Positions 42,531 to 52,814 are shown, counted from the stretch's first letter. The stretch is 64,000 nt of DNA from an uncultured delta proteobacterium (GCA_963826785.1 CAWGYD010000006.1:128001-192000); one strand, 5' to 3'. The notes: a model not told the origin generated them from the letters alone. Numbers and translations are program-made.

Positions 42531-42629
42531 GGGCTAACGACCAAGGTTACCTGCGCCGCCACTGAGCTTGCCGCGTCAGGGCCGCCACGCTTCTCGGCGT
42601 CAAGTGAACCGCCATATAGAGGTTCGGCG
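42531..42629 (-). mobile_element. Integron attC site (end of NucS-like cassette)
   Basis: Minus strand CGCCGAAC...GGTTCACTTGACGCCG...CGGCGCAGGTAACC-TTGGTC-GTTAGCC; inverse core complementary to the cassette's own 5' core GTTCGGCG; R''-L'' spacer longer than canonical. Confidence 0.75.
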
Positions 42630-42637
42630 TCAGCCGT

Positions 42638-43686
42638 TTATTTTAATTCATGGCTTTCAATGGCTGTTGCCACCTTCTCCATCCAGCCAATAAGTATTTG
42701 AATTTCTATGTTGTTGAACTTGCGGTTTATCAAAGCTTTGAGTTCTCTGCCTGCCGGTTGAAATAGACCTGTTGCCTGCGCCTCTTGCCAAAGTACATTC
42801 ATTTCTGATTCTGGGACGTCCAATTTACTCAGGAGCCCGCCTCTACCGATAAGGGCCGTGTAAACTGACTGTTTGAAAACTGCTTTTGGCGGATAGCCGT
42901 AGCAAATGGCGACATGTACACCATTTTTGTCAACGTTCAGTGAGAAACCCTTTGTCCCCCAGTGAAGGGGAAATGATTTCTCTGCTGCAAACTTGAGCAG
43001 TTGGCCGAAAACTTCTTTGCCGTTCGTGTCCAAAGACTCCATGAATGAATCTTGCGAGACAATCGGCAAGGCCCCGGAGGTTATTTGTTTTATTTTTGTT
43101 GGTTCTTTCCCAACTACAATGTCATAGGAAAAAGATGCTTGCCTCCATTCGCCTGAAAATAAGAAAACTCAAGGCATGTGACTCTCATGCCTTTTCTGCG
43201 TAGGAAAGATGCCGTTTGTCGAATTTCTCCAGTGACTCGTTGGCCAACGAGGACAATACGCTGCTCTTTATTGAAGGAAACAGCTTCATCTGAAGTGAGT
43301 TCAAAATAATTTCTATGATAGCTGGCAAGGTTTAGTGCCTCGTCACTTACATAACGCTGGAGAATTTCTTCTAACTGATCGGTGTCAAGTTCCTCCACAA
43401 ATGATGCATATTCCAATGCCTGGGCCAAAGTGTCACGAGGGGTTCTGTCCCGTTTCAATTCGATAACGACAGTATTTCCTTCCCTGTCAATTCCTAAAAG
43501 ATCGATTATACTCCCAAGATTTGTTGTGACCTGCCGGCCAATAATGAGGAGTTTGCCGTCTTCAAGAATATCGTCGGCGTTACTTTCAAGCCAATTTTCT
43601 AATATCGATTCCTCATGGTCGACATGGAAATGGGTTTGAGAGAACTCCTCAAATTTGCCGTCTTCTTTGATGCTGAATATTCTCAT
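42638..43686 (-). CDS. NucS/DUF91-like endonuclease domain protein (frameshifted at ~43125)
   Basis: ESILENWL, IGRQV, IDLLGIDREGNTVVIELKR, QALEYASF; C-terminal domain in ORF 42638-43069. Confidence 0.8.
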
Positions 43687-43696
43687 ATGCCTTTAT

Positions 43697-43755
43697 CGCC
43701 GAACACTAAAATCACAGGCGCATGCTGTTTTGCGTCCTGCGCTTATGGTTAGAGC
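43697..43755 (-). mobile_element. Integron attC site (end of TIR cassette)
   Basis: Minus strand GCTCTAAC (contains TIR stop) CATAAGCGCAGGACGCA...TGCGCCTGTGAT-TTTAGT-GTTCGGCG. Confidence 0.75.
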
Positions 43756-44455
43756 GCAACCAGCTCGGCGAGCTTGGCCGCGACGTCTGCCATCGACTCT
43801 TCTGCAGTGCTCAGGCCGCTTCGCGAGGCCGAGCAGGGGGCTGACTTCGCGGAGAGCTTCATACGTCGTCCCGTGCACGAATGGGAACGAGCCGCTCACG
43901 CGCGAGGAGTGCCGAAAGTTCTTTGTCAGCGATGCCCTCTGCTGGAAGGCGGCGCAGCAGCGCAGGGGTCACCAGCACGATCCCGACTTGCGAGTTCGCC
44001 AAGCCCTTGTCGATTGCGCGGAGCAACGGCACGCCGAGGCCAACGTCCTTCTCGCTGAACCAGACCGAGACACCGCGTGACTCCAGCAGATCGTGCAGCT
44101 CCTTGGCGGCCCCCTGCCGGTCGTCCCACGCGTGGCATAGGAAGACATCCCGAAGGTCAGGCAGCTTCGCTAGGTTCTCGACGCTGTTGCGGACCGGCGT
44201 GAGTGCCCGCACCTCGTCAGGCGTGTAAGCACACTGACGAACCGGCTGGCGACCAGCGCGGCCTTGCGCTGCTGCCGGACCCGCCGCCGCTGCTCCGGCC
44301 GCCCCCGCTGCTCCCGACGAGGAGTAGGACGGGGACGAGTACGACCCGTAGCTGCTGTAGCCGCCGTAGCGGCCATAGCGGCTACCGCATGCAGGGCAGT
44401 TCGCTGCGGCGCTCGCTGAGCGATGGCCCTATACTGGTGCTGTGCATCTAGCCAT
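43749..44455 (-). CDS. TIR-domain protein with N-terminal Cys/His knuckle and Gly/Ser/Tyr linker (in-frame TAG at codon 9 and several indels in this sequence)
   Basis: MARCTAPV*GHRSASAAANCPAC; DVFLCHAWDD, VSVWFSE, IDKGL, ADKELSAL; C-terminus HGTTYEALREVSPLL...AAKLAELVAL*. Confidence 0.8.
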
Positions 44456-44482
44456 TTCTTCTACCTTCCAGTTGTACTGATT

Positions 44483-44490
44483 GCTCTAAC
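44483..44490 (-). mobile_element. 5' core site of first cassette (attI-like or secondary insertion junction)
   Basis: GTTAGAGC on minus strand, exact complement of GCTCTAAC at the TIR stop; no attC hairpin upstream. Confidence 0.6.
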
Positions 44491-44559
44491 AATTTCTTCT
44501 AAGGATTTACGCCAGATATCACGCAGCCAGGCATGTTATCCAGAAAGAAAGCAGTTTCA

Positions 44560-45831
44560 TCATCCCAACGCCCCATTCCACACCTCGAAATGGTACTGAT
44601 TGTTCTCCTCCTTGCGGTAGAAGGCAATGTAGGTCAGCACTTTCCAGCCGATGAACTCCCGGTTGGCCGGATCCAGAGCGACCCGGTTCCAGGTCTGGCG
44701 CCAGGTGCCCGTGTTGAAGTAGATCCGGTTCCGGATGTCGCCGGGGCCGGCCGGGACCTGGTCCATGGGCAGGATCAGGTGGTCGTGGGTGTGCCCGTAT
44801 ATCACGCAGTCCGCCTCGCCGGAGCGCACTTTCGGCTCGGCAAGGGCGCGCCGGTGATAGTCGCCTTCCATGGCCGACGGGAAATACCGGGTTTTGAAAT
44901 CCGCGATCGATTCCAGGAGCCGCTTGGAGATCCGGGAGGAAAGGTGCAGGGCGATCTGCAGCTTGTCGATGGCGTCCGGCCGGAAGGGGACATCCATGTG
45001 TTTGATGAAGGGGATTTTGAAAAATTCATCCACGCAGGCGCACCAGACCGCTTCGACGGCCTTGCGGGCCGCATCGTTTTGGATGCGGTTGAGCGTCATC
45101 AGGACCCAGCAGGGAACATCCAGCAGGGGGCGGACGTTGTCGATCTCCTTGAGATTTTCCACGATCTCCGCCCTGCCGCCCGGCGTGACCGCCCCTTTAT
45201 CCACAAGGCCGTCCAGCGCCCGCCCGGCCTCCTCCGGGAACCGGTTCAACAGGTCGATGACAATGGCGTCGCCGATGGAGGAGCTGTCCCGGCTCCCCAT
45301 GCAGTTGAGGTCGTCGTACCTGTCGCCGTGCCGGGCGATGGTCCGGTAAGCCGGGTCGAAAATCTCCTCCGGGAAGGTCGGGGCGGCTGCGGCATCCGGC
45401 ATCCCCAGGGCTTCGGCTGCCAGGCGCCTGGTTTCCGGATACCGGTTGATCAGCCAGTCGTGGTTGCCGATGACATAGTGCATCTCAAAATTGATCGACT
45501 GTTTTTGCGCGAAATCCCGAAGGGCGTTCAAGTGGGAGAGCGATTTTTTGTTTTCCCGGATGATCCCGTCCAGGATGGCCGTGACCATGGCCTGCTGCTC
45601 CGGGCCGGGGTCCGACCAGGGCCGGACCGCCCCATCCAGCCACCGGGTGGACCGGATCACGTCAAAGATATCCCCCAGCAGCACGATTTTGAGCTCGGAC
45701 ACGGTGCTTTTCCGGTTGACGGTCTTGACCAGGTTTTTCAGGTTGTCGCAAAACAGCGCAAAAGCCCCCGGGCGGATGGTCCGGCCCGAGGTGCCGTCGG
45801 TGAGGTGGGTATCGCTGATAAACACTTGCAT
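44560..45831 (-). CDS. Calcineurin-like metallophosphoesterase
   Basis: ISDTH, LGDIFD, GNHD, HGD, GHTH, NTGTW. Confidence 0.88.
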   Translation of the reverse strand: MQVFISDTHLTDGTSGRTIRPGAFALFCDNLKNLVKTVNRKSTVSELKIVLLGDIFDVIRSTRWLDGAVRPWSDPGPEQQAMVTAILDGIIRENKKSLSHLNALRDFAQKQSINFEMHYVIGNHDWLINRYPETRRLAAEALGMPDAAAAPTFPEEIFDPAYRTIARHGDRYDDLNCMGSRDSSSIGDAIVIDLLNRFPEEAGRALDGLVDKGAVTPGGRAEIVENLKEIDNVRPLLDVPCWVLMTLNRIQNDAARKAVEAVWCACVDEFFKIPFIKHMDVPFRPDAIDKLQIALHLSSRISKRLLESIADFKTRYFPSAMEGDYHRRALAEPKVRSGEADCVIYGHTHDHLILPMDQVPAGPGDIRNRIYFNTGTWRQTWNRVALDPANREFIGWKVLTYIAFYRKEENNQYHFEVWNGALG

Positions 45832-46315
45832 TTTGCGGTGATGCCCCTGTAGCATGGGCAGGCTGGCGGGATTTGAGGGATTTTCCGCCGGCTGCCGCGG
45901 ATGGTTCGCCGGAATTGGAACAACCGTGGTGATTTCGTTTAACGAAAAAGTGATGATAATGATAAAGAGCAAATTTGTTCTGATAACTTGCCGGACTGAT
46001 AGCATAAATATCATCAGATCACAAGCACTTATCTACCAGGCGGGGCACTACTCTGTAGGCCGTCCGTGCGGGATAAGCCTGCAAATTTTACATAAGTTCG
46101 CTTCCGGATTGGCGCGCCGTGCTTGAAGATGTTTCTCAGATGCCTGCCGCAAACCGAGATGTCCCATGCGGAAGCGGATGCACACTGTTTTAAGTTGACG
46201 CGGTAGCCCGCGGATGCCGGGAGAGGATTTTCCGCGGGAGAAGGTTGTTTCCCATTGCCTCGGAAAACAAACCTCGTCTGAAACGCTTTTGTGGAAGGCT
46301 TAGAACCTGCGTAAT

Positions 46316-46610
46316 CTACTCCACATGCAAGGCATCAAGAACAGCGCCGGGGTTTTTTGATGCGATTCGCAGCAAGGCCTTGGCCGGGCCTTCGGGTTTT
46401 CTTCTGCCCTGCTCCCAGTTCTGTAATGTACGCACACTGACGCCAATCATAAGCGCGAATTCATTCTGGGACACATTGAGTTTTTCTCTCACAGCCCTGA
46501 TTTCAGGTGGTTTGATTTCAGATACACGGCCTGGCGCCTTGCGGCCGGCCTTTATCTCGCCGGCTTCCTTGATGCTGGCGAACTAATTTTTCAAATTTTT
46601 CATTTTTCAT
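46316..46610 (-). CDS. NadS/HigA2-like HTH antitoxin (frameshift at ~46580)
   Basis: MKNEKFEKLV / ASIKEAGEIKAG...VREKLNVSQNEFALMIGVSVRTLQNWEQGRRKPEGPAKALL...VE* (read manually; absent from ORF track). Confidence 0.85.
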
Positions 46611-46920
46611 GATAATAATTCCCTGACCAGTTTACGGAGCAGCTTGAGCTGGTCCGACGTCAAATCTTCTTTTTCAGTCTTCCGATATGGAAAGAGCATG
46701 AAAATTTTTTCAGGAGGATCCCAATAATAAATGATTCGCAATGCACCTCTTTTCCACGAGCAGGGAGATTCCAACGAATTTTCCGCAAGCCGCCACTTCC
46801 CTTTATCAGATTTCCGGCATCCGGCCGAAGCATCAATGAAGTTTGAAGCATCCGATAATGATCGTCGGATATCAGAGTTTGAATTTCCTTCGTGAAAATG
46901 GAAGTTTCGATGAAAATCAT
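46607..46920 (-). CDS. RelE/HigB2-type toxin (frameshift at ~46765)
   Basis: MIFIETSIFTKEI...PDAGNLIKGSGGLRKIRW / GKRGALRIIYYW...PYRKTEKEDL. Confidence 0.88.
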
Positions 46921-46926
46921 AACAGG

Positions 46927-46954
46927 ATGATACGCCATTGGCGTATTTTGTCAA
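46927..46954 (-). promoter_or_regulatory. Toxin promoter with perfect operator palindrome
   Basis: TTGACA-16 bp-TATCAT, 6 nt before ATG; ATACGCCA-T-TGGCGTAT at 46930-46946. Confidence 0.7.
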
Positions 46955-46991
46955 GCCATCCTATTTGAAACAAATAAAAACAGGTACTCCT

Positions 46992-47775
46992 ATGAATCTT
47001 CCCATCTACCAGATCGATGCGTTTACGGGCAAACTGTTTGCCGGAAATCCGGCGGCCGTGGTGATTTGCGAATCGAAGCTTTCGAGCGAGCTGATGCAGG
47101 CGATTGCCTCGGAAAACAACCTCTCTGAAACCGCTTTTGTGGAGGGCCGGGAAGGGGCGCTTCAGATCCGGTGGTTTACGCCGGCAGTGGAGGTGGACCT
47201 GTGCGGGCATGCCACCCTGGCCGCGGCCCATGTCCTGTTCAACCATCGCGGTTTTGCCGCGCCGAAGGTGACCTTTTCCTCAAAAAGCGGGCCCCTGCAT
47301 GTCCGGCGGGAGGGGGAGGTGCTCTATCTGGATTTTCCGGCCGATTCGATTTCTGCGGTCGAGCCGCCCGGGGAATTGATCCGCGGGCTGGGGGAAACGC
47401 CCTCGGAAGTCTTTCGGGGCAGAGACGACTACCTGGCCGTCTTCGATTCCGAGGCGCAGATTGCCGCGCTGAATCCGGACATGGCGCATGCTTGCCCGGG
47501 TGCCTTCCCGAGGGGTGATCGTCTCCGCCCGGGGCAGCGACGTTGACTTTGTCTCCCGGTTTTTTGCGCCCCGGGTGGGCGTTTCCGAAGACCCGGTGAC
47601 CGGGTCGGCCCACACCACCCTCATCCCCTACTGGTCTGCGCGGCTGTCCAAAAAGGAGATGCGGGCGAAGCAGGTCTCAAAGCGCGGCGGGGAGCTGGTC
47701 TGCCGGGACCTTGGGGAGCGGGTGGAGATCGGCGGGAGGGCGGTTACGTATCTTACCGGGGAAATCCGGATTTGA
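46992..47775 (+). CDS. PhzF-family isomerase (frameshift at ~47487)
   Basis: IDAFT..GNPAAV, LSETAF, EVDLCGHATLA, EDPVTGSAH. Confidence 0.92.
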
Positions 47776-47778
47776 TTT

Positions 47779-48075
47779 TTATGATTTCGGCTCCAACGAA
47801 CCATTCAGATATTTATGCACAATGCTTGAAATAAGTGTTTGATAAGGTATGCCTTCTTCAATTGCCTTGATCTGGATTCGATGATAATCCTTTTGAGAAA
47901 GACGAAGATTGATTCGTTTATCCTTTTTCAAAGTATTTCGAGCAGCTTCTATTGCTTTTTTTCTTTCCTGATCAGAATTTTTAACCGGCTGCCACTCATC
48001 ACGTTCAATTGATTCCATCAGGTCTTTTTCTTCCTGATCGATTGGCTTAAATGCCTTTTTTTTGATTTTATTCAT
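47779..48075 (-). CDS. BrnA/CopG-like ribbon-helix-helix antitoxin
   Basis: KDKRINLRLS...KAIEEGIPYQTLISSIVH. Confidence 0.88.
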   Translation of the reverse strand: MNKIKKKAFKPIDQEEKDLMESIERDEWQPVKNSDQERKKAIEAARNTLKKDKRINLRLSQKDYHRIQIKAIEEGIPYQTLISSIVHKYLNGSLEPKS

Positions 48076-48345
48076 CTATTCCCCCTTCAAGCCATATTTT
48101 TTGGTGTATTTCCGGCTTGGAAAAGCTGTTTTTAAAAATATCTCATCCTCATTTTCCACGTAAGGTACGATGATGGCATAATGGTCGATTTCTAAAACAT
48201 ACATCCTTTGATCGGGATACCCTGGATTTTCCTCGATTCCGATTACCTGGCCAGACTCGATTAAATATGCGATTTCCTCAAAGGATATCCCTCTTTCGCG
48301 TTTTAAGATTTCATTTTTCCCCAGATTCCAATTCAAATATTTCAT
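48076..48345 (-). CDS. BrnT-family toxin
   Basis: WNLGKNEILKRERGISFEEI, IFLKTAFPSRKYT. Confidence 0.88.
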   Translation of the reverse strand: MKYLNWNLGKNEILKRERGISFEEIAYLIESGQVIGIEENPGYPDQRMYVLEIDHYAIIVPYVENEDEIFLKTAFPSRKYTKKYGLKGE

Positions 48346-48351
48346 GCAGAA

Positions 48352-48380
48352 AACATATGTTCATGTCTGCCTTTTGTCAA
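48352..48380 (-). promoter_or_regulatory. brnT promoter
   Basis: TTGACA-17 bp-TATGTT, 6 nt before ATG. Confidence 0.6.
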
Positions 48381-48600
48381 CCGATTTTTGGGATAAATGG
48401 AGGGAGGGCGGCAGGGTTCCCCCATGGGGGGATCAGTGAGCTGTCGGGTTGGCGCATGGTGCGGAAATGTTTATTTTTTAATTGCAAATGTGCTTTCAAC
48501 AAAGTAAAAAATCTTCCACCAAGACGCCAATGCATAAATTTGCAGTCGTTTGGTGGAGTCTCCCTTTATTGTTAAGGATTACCAGACAGGGGGAATTTAC

Positions 48601-49780
48601 ATGGCAAGAGTCCTCATTATCGGCGCGGGCGGGGTGGGCAAGGTGGTCACCCACAAGTGCGCCCAGATCCCGGAGGTGTTTTCAGACATCTGCCTGGCCA
48701 GCCGGACGAAGGAAAAATGCGACCGGATCGCCGCGGAGCTGTCCCGGCCCATCGAGACCGCGCAGGTGGATGCGGACGATGTTTCCCAGACGGTTGCGCT
48801 GATGCAAAAATTTAAGCCGGACGTGGTGATCAACGTGGCCCTGCCCTACCAGGACCTGCATATCATGGATGCCTGCCTGGAAGCCGGGGTCGATTACCTG
48901 GATACCGCCAATTACGAGCCGCCGGACGAGGCGAAATTCGAATATCGCTGGCAGTGGGACTACCAGGACAAGTTTAAGTCAAAGAACCTCATGGCCCTGC
49001 TGGGCAGCGGGTTTGATCCCGGGGTGACCAACGTGTTTACCGCCTATGCCAAAAAGCACCATTTCGACGAAATCCACGAACTGGACATCATCGACTGCAA
49101 CGCCGGCGAGCACGGCCAGCCCTTTGCCACCAATTTCAATCCGGAAATCAACATCCGGGAGGTGACCGCCAAGGGCAAATACTGGGAAAACGGCGACTGG
49201 GTGGAGACCGAGCCCCTGTCGGAGGCCAAGACCTATCGATTTCCCGGAGGGCATCGGCCCCCGCAAAATCTACCTGATGTACCACGAGGAGCTGGAGTCC
49301 CTGGTCCGGCACTTCCCGGAAATCAGGCGAGCGCGGTTCTGGATGACCTTTTCGGACAACTATCTCAAGCACCTGGAGGTGCTCCAAAACGTGGGCATGA
49401 CCCGCATCGACCCGGTGAAATTCGAAGGCTGCGAGATCATCCCCCTGCAGTTTTTAAAGGCCCTGCTCCCGGACCCGGGGTCCCTGGGCCCGGTGACAAA
49501 GGGGCGCACCTGCATCGGCTGCCACATCAAGGGGGTCAAGGACGGCAAAGAGAAGACCTATTACATCTACAACATCTGCGACCACCAGGCAGCCTTCAAA
49601 GAAGTGGGCTCCCAGGCCATCTCCTACACCACCGGCGTGCCGGCCATGATCGGGGCCATGATGATGGTGAAGAACCTGTGGCGCGGCGCCGGGGTGTTCA
49701 ACATGGAGCAGTTCGACCCCGACCCCTTTATGGATGCCTTGAACCAACACGGACTGCCATGGACCGAAATTTTCCTTTAA
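48601..49780 (+). CDS. Carboxy(nor)spermidine dehydrogenase, saccharopine dehydrogenase family (frameshift at ~49243)
   Basis: IIGAGGVG, YLDTANYE, GFDPG, FATNFNPEINIRE, YHEELESL, QAISYTTGVP; adjacent to nspC. Confidence 0.92.
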
Positions 49781-50920
49781 ACCTCGACCCGCACCGGGTC
49801 CCCTCCCCCAGCTACGTGGTCTGCGACGAGGCCCTGGAGCAAAACCTTGCCGTGCTGGCCCGGGTCAAGCAGGAAACCGGCTGCCGCATCCTGCTGGCCT
49901 TGAAGGCCTTTGCCATGCACAGCGTCTTTCCCCTGCTGCGCAAAACCCTGGACGGCACCTGCGCCTCAGTCGCCCTTCGAGGCCCGGCTGGGAAAGGAAA
50001 TGTTCGGCAAATTGGTGCACACCTTCGGCGCGGCCTACAGCGAAGCCGATGCTTGCGGCGGTCGTCCGCTATTCCGATCACCTGATCTTCAACTCCTTTG
50101 CCCAGTGGCGCCGATTTCGCCCATGGTGGAAAAATCCAGAAAGACCCATCGCCTGCGGGCTGCGGGTCAACCCCGAGCATTCCGAAGCCCCGGCGGCGAT
50201 CTATGATCCCGCGGCGCCGGGTTCCCGCCTGGGCATCCGGTCGGGAACAGTTTGAGGGACAGTCCTTGGACGGGATTTCCGGGCTGCATTTCCATACCTT
50301 GTGCGAACAGAATGCCGACGCCCTGGAGCGCACCCTGGCGGCCTTTGAGGCCCGGTTTGCCGAATTTATGCCGCAGATGTCCTGGTTGAATCTCGGGGGC
50401 GGGCACCACATCACCCGCAAAGACTATGATGTGGACCTGCTGATTGAACTGGTCAATGGACTGAAGCGAGAAATACGGGGTGGATATCTATCTTGAGCCG
50501 GGGGAAGCGGTGGCCTTGAATGCCGGGGTCCTGGTGGCCACGGTGTTGGACATCGTCTACAATACCCTGCCCATCGCCATTCTGGATGCGTCGGCGGCCA
50601 CCCACATGCCCGATGTTCTGGAGATGCCCTACCGGCCCGGGGTGATCGGCGCCGGCGAACCCGGCGAAAAACCCCACACCTTCCGCCTGGCCGGCCCCTC
50701 CTGCCTGGCCGGGGACGTCATCGGCGACTATTCCTTTGATGCGCCGCTGAAGGTCGGATCGAAACTGGTGTTTTTGGACATGGCCCACTACACCATGGTG
50801 AAAACCAACATGTTCAACGGCATCAATCTTCCCGCCATCGTCCGGTTCAATGCAGGGGCGGACACCTATGAGGTGGTTCGGAAATTCGGATACGAGGATT
50901 ACATCGGCCGGCTGTCATGA
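49759..50920 (+). CDS. nspC: Carboxynorspermidine decarboxylase (several frameshifts, ~49967, 50052, 50243, 50475)
   Basis: PSPSYV, LLALKAF, GLRVNPE, GLHFHTLCE, NLGGGHHIT, YLEPGEA, HMPDVLEMPY, CLAGD, HYTMVK. Confidence 0.92.
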
Positions 50921-50959
50921 GGGATATCTGACTTTATTTTGTGGCAACCGGAAAGTCTA

Positions 50960-51098
50960 ACACCCCCCTTAGCCCCCCTCGAGGGGGGAATCGAACAGGG
51001 ATGGGGAGGGCGTCCGGATGGCGGCCCGGCATTCCCTTCATCCAGTGCGTCCAGATCGGGGGGAATCAAACAGGGATGGTGGGCGTTCCGGATGGCGG
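50960..51098. repeat. C6/G6 palindromic repeat arm followed by a ~41-bp direct duplication
   Basis: ACACCCCCCTTAGCCCCCCTCGAGGGGGGAATC; GGGGGGAATCRAACAGGGATGG...CCGGATGGCGG twice. Confidence 0.75.
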
Positions 51099-51100
51099 AC

Positions 51101-51670
51101 TCAGGGCATCAGGACCAGGCCGATGACGATGCCGAGCACCAGGATGAGGCCGCCCCAGAGAAAGAATTGGCCAATGGGGAGTTTCGGCTTTTCCATGGGG
51201 TAATGGGCCCGCGGCGGTATGGGTGGAAATCTGGGCTCGGAAGCGGGTTGAGCATCGTTTTTGAGCCCTTCGCGCAGGCGCGCCAGCTGGGAGGTATTCA
51301 AAACGGTGGTGCCGTCCAGGTCCTCCCTTGAGATCTGGCCGCTTCTGGGCTTTACTTCATCCGTATCCGCCAGGATCATCCGCAGGGAAAACTTGCCGAT
51401 GCTGATGACATCGTTGTCATGAAGCGTGGCTTCTCTGATCTTCTGATCGTTTAAAAAGGTGCCGTTGGTGCTGCCCAGGTCTTTTACCGCCCAGGGGCCG
51501 CCAATCGTCCTTTCCAGCCGCGTATGCTCCCGCGAAATACCGGTGTTGTCGATGAAAATATCCGCCGTGGGAAGGCGGCCGATCAAGACGTTGTCCTGGG
51601 TGAATGCATACGTCTTGATAATATGATCCTTTATCATCAGATCGATTTTCAATACCTGCTCATCACTCAT
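51101..51670 (-). CDS. FHA-domain protein with C-terminal TM anchor
   Basis: IGR, ISREH, DLGSTNGT; C-terminal hydrophobic helix. Confidence 0.92.
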   Translation of the reverse strand: MSDEQVLKIDLMIKDHIIKTYAFTQDNVLIGRLPTADIFIDNTGISREHTRLERTIGGPWAVKDLGSTNGTFLNDQKIREATLHDNDVISIGKFSLRMILADTDEVKPRSGQISREDLDGTTVLNTSQLARLREGLKNDAQPASEPRFPPIPPRAHYPMEKPKLPIGQFFLWGGLILVLGIVIGLVLMP

Positions 51671-51977
51671 CGATTTTTCTCCTCCCCCGATAGTCCACCC
51701 CTGTATGCCCCCTCAGGCAAGTAGTATAATTTCATATTATAATTCAGTAGATTGCATTATTTCGTCGGCATGTCAAGCCCAAACAGAGGCCTTTTTGCAG
51801 TCAAAACAGGGCCTGAAATCGATAAACATGATTGCTATTTATTCCATTTTCTTGTATTTTTCCGATATGTAGCCTGTAGTGAGGATATCATCGGAAAGCA
51901 AAGCTTAAGATGGATTTTTCCTTCGACTTCGTTTGCTTTGCCGGAAATCAGAAAGCGTTGTCCGCCAGATCGCGATT

Positions 51978-52814
51978 ATGCATCAATTAAATTTCGGGTT
52001 CAAAACCCATGTCGGCAATGTGCGTTCCCACAATGAGGATTGCCTGCGCACGGTGCCGGAGTCGGGGTTGTGGGTCGTGGCAGACGGCATGGGCGGCCAT
52101 GAAGGCGGTGAAACCGCCTCCGCCATTGCCGTGGAGGTCATCGTCAAACAGGTCTGCGGCGGCATAAGCCTGCAAGAATCCATCCTGAACGCCCATCACG
52201 CCATCAAGCAGGCCAGCCGGGAAGGCAAAGGCCCCGAGGGCATGGGCACCACCGTGGTGGCATTAAGCGCCATCGAGGACCGGTATGAAATCGCCTGGGT
52301 GGGGGACTGCCGGGCTTATTTGTGGGACGGCGGCCACCTGCAGCTTCTGACCAGGGATCATTCCTACGTCCAGCACCTGGTGGATACCGGCGTGATCTCC
52401 GCCGGGGAATCCGACCGCCACCCCTACCAGGATATCCTGCTTCAGGCGCTGGGGGCAAAGGACATCCCGGATGTCACCGTGGACCGGCTGACCAAAGATT
52501 GGCACCGCAGCGAACAGGTCCTGCTCTGCAGCGACGGGCTCACCAAGGAACTCGACCATCAGGGCATCTCCGATATCCTTGCCCTCGATATAGACGAGCA
52601 GGCAAAAGTGGAGCGCCTCATTAACACGGCCCTGGAACATGGCGGAAAAGACAATATCACGGCCGTCCTGATTTCGGCAAAGGACACGGCGCCCGCAAAA
52701 TCGCAGGCTGACGATACCGTACCCATCGATACCCGGCCGCTGCAGCCCGGCGGATTCATCTCCAGGCTGCGCGCCTTTTTCAAATGCATCGGATACAGAT
52801 CAAGGATGCAATGA
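51978..52814 (+). CDS. PP2C/PPM-family Ser/Thr phosphatase
   Basis: RSHNED, VADGMGGH, GMGTT, VGDCRAY, CSDGL, GGKDNIT. Confidence 0.95.
   Translation: MHQLNFGFKTHVGNVRSHNEDCLRTVPESGLWVVADGMGGHEGGETASAIAVEVIVKQVCGGISLQESILNAHHAIKQASREGKGPEGMGTTVVALSAIEDRYEIAWVGDCRAYLWDGGHLQLLTRDHSYVQHLVDTGVISAGESDRHPYQDILLQALGAKDIPDVTVDRLTKDWHRSEQVLLCSDGLTKELDHQGISDILALDIDEQAKVERLINTALEHGGKDNITAVLISAKDTAPAKSQADDTVPIDTRPLQPGGFISRLRAFFKCIGYRSRMQ

Noticed and set aside
44429..44431. Pyrrolysine or read-through recoding of the TAG in the TIR gene
   Set aside because: Same gene has several indels and there is no pyl context; error or decay is simpler
44533..45852. Long antisense ORFs (e.g. 439 aa here, 7938-9029, 782-1768)
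   Set aside because: Shadow frames of high-GC genes with clear motifs on the opposite strand
48550..50085. Apparent 511-aa dehydrogenase-decarboxylase fusion
   Set aside because: Produced by the frameshift at ~49243 running into the nspC frame; the middle part is non-homologous
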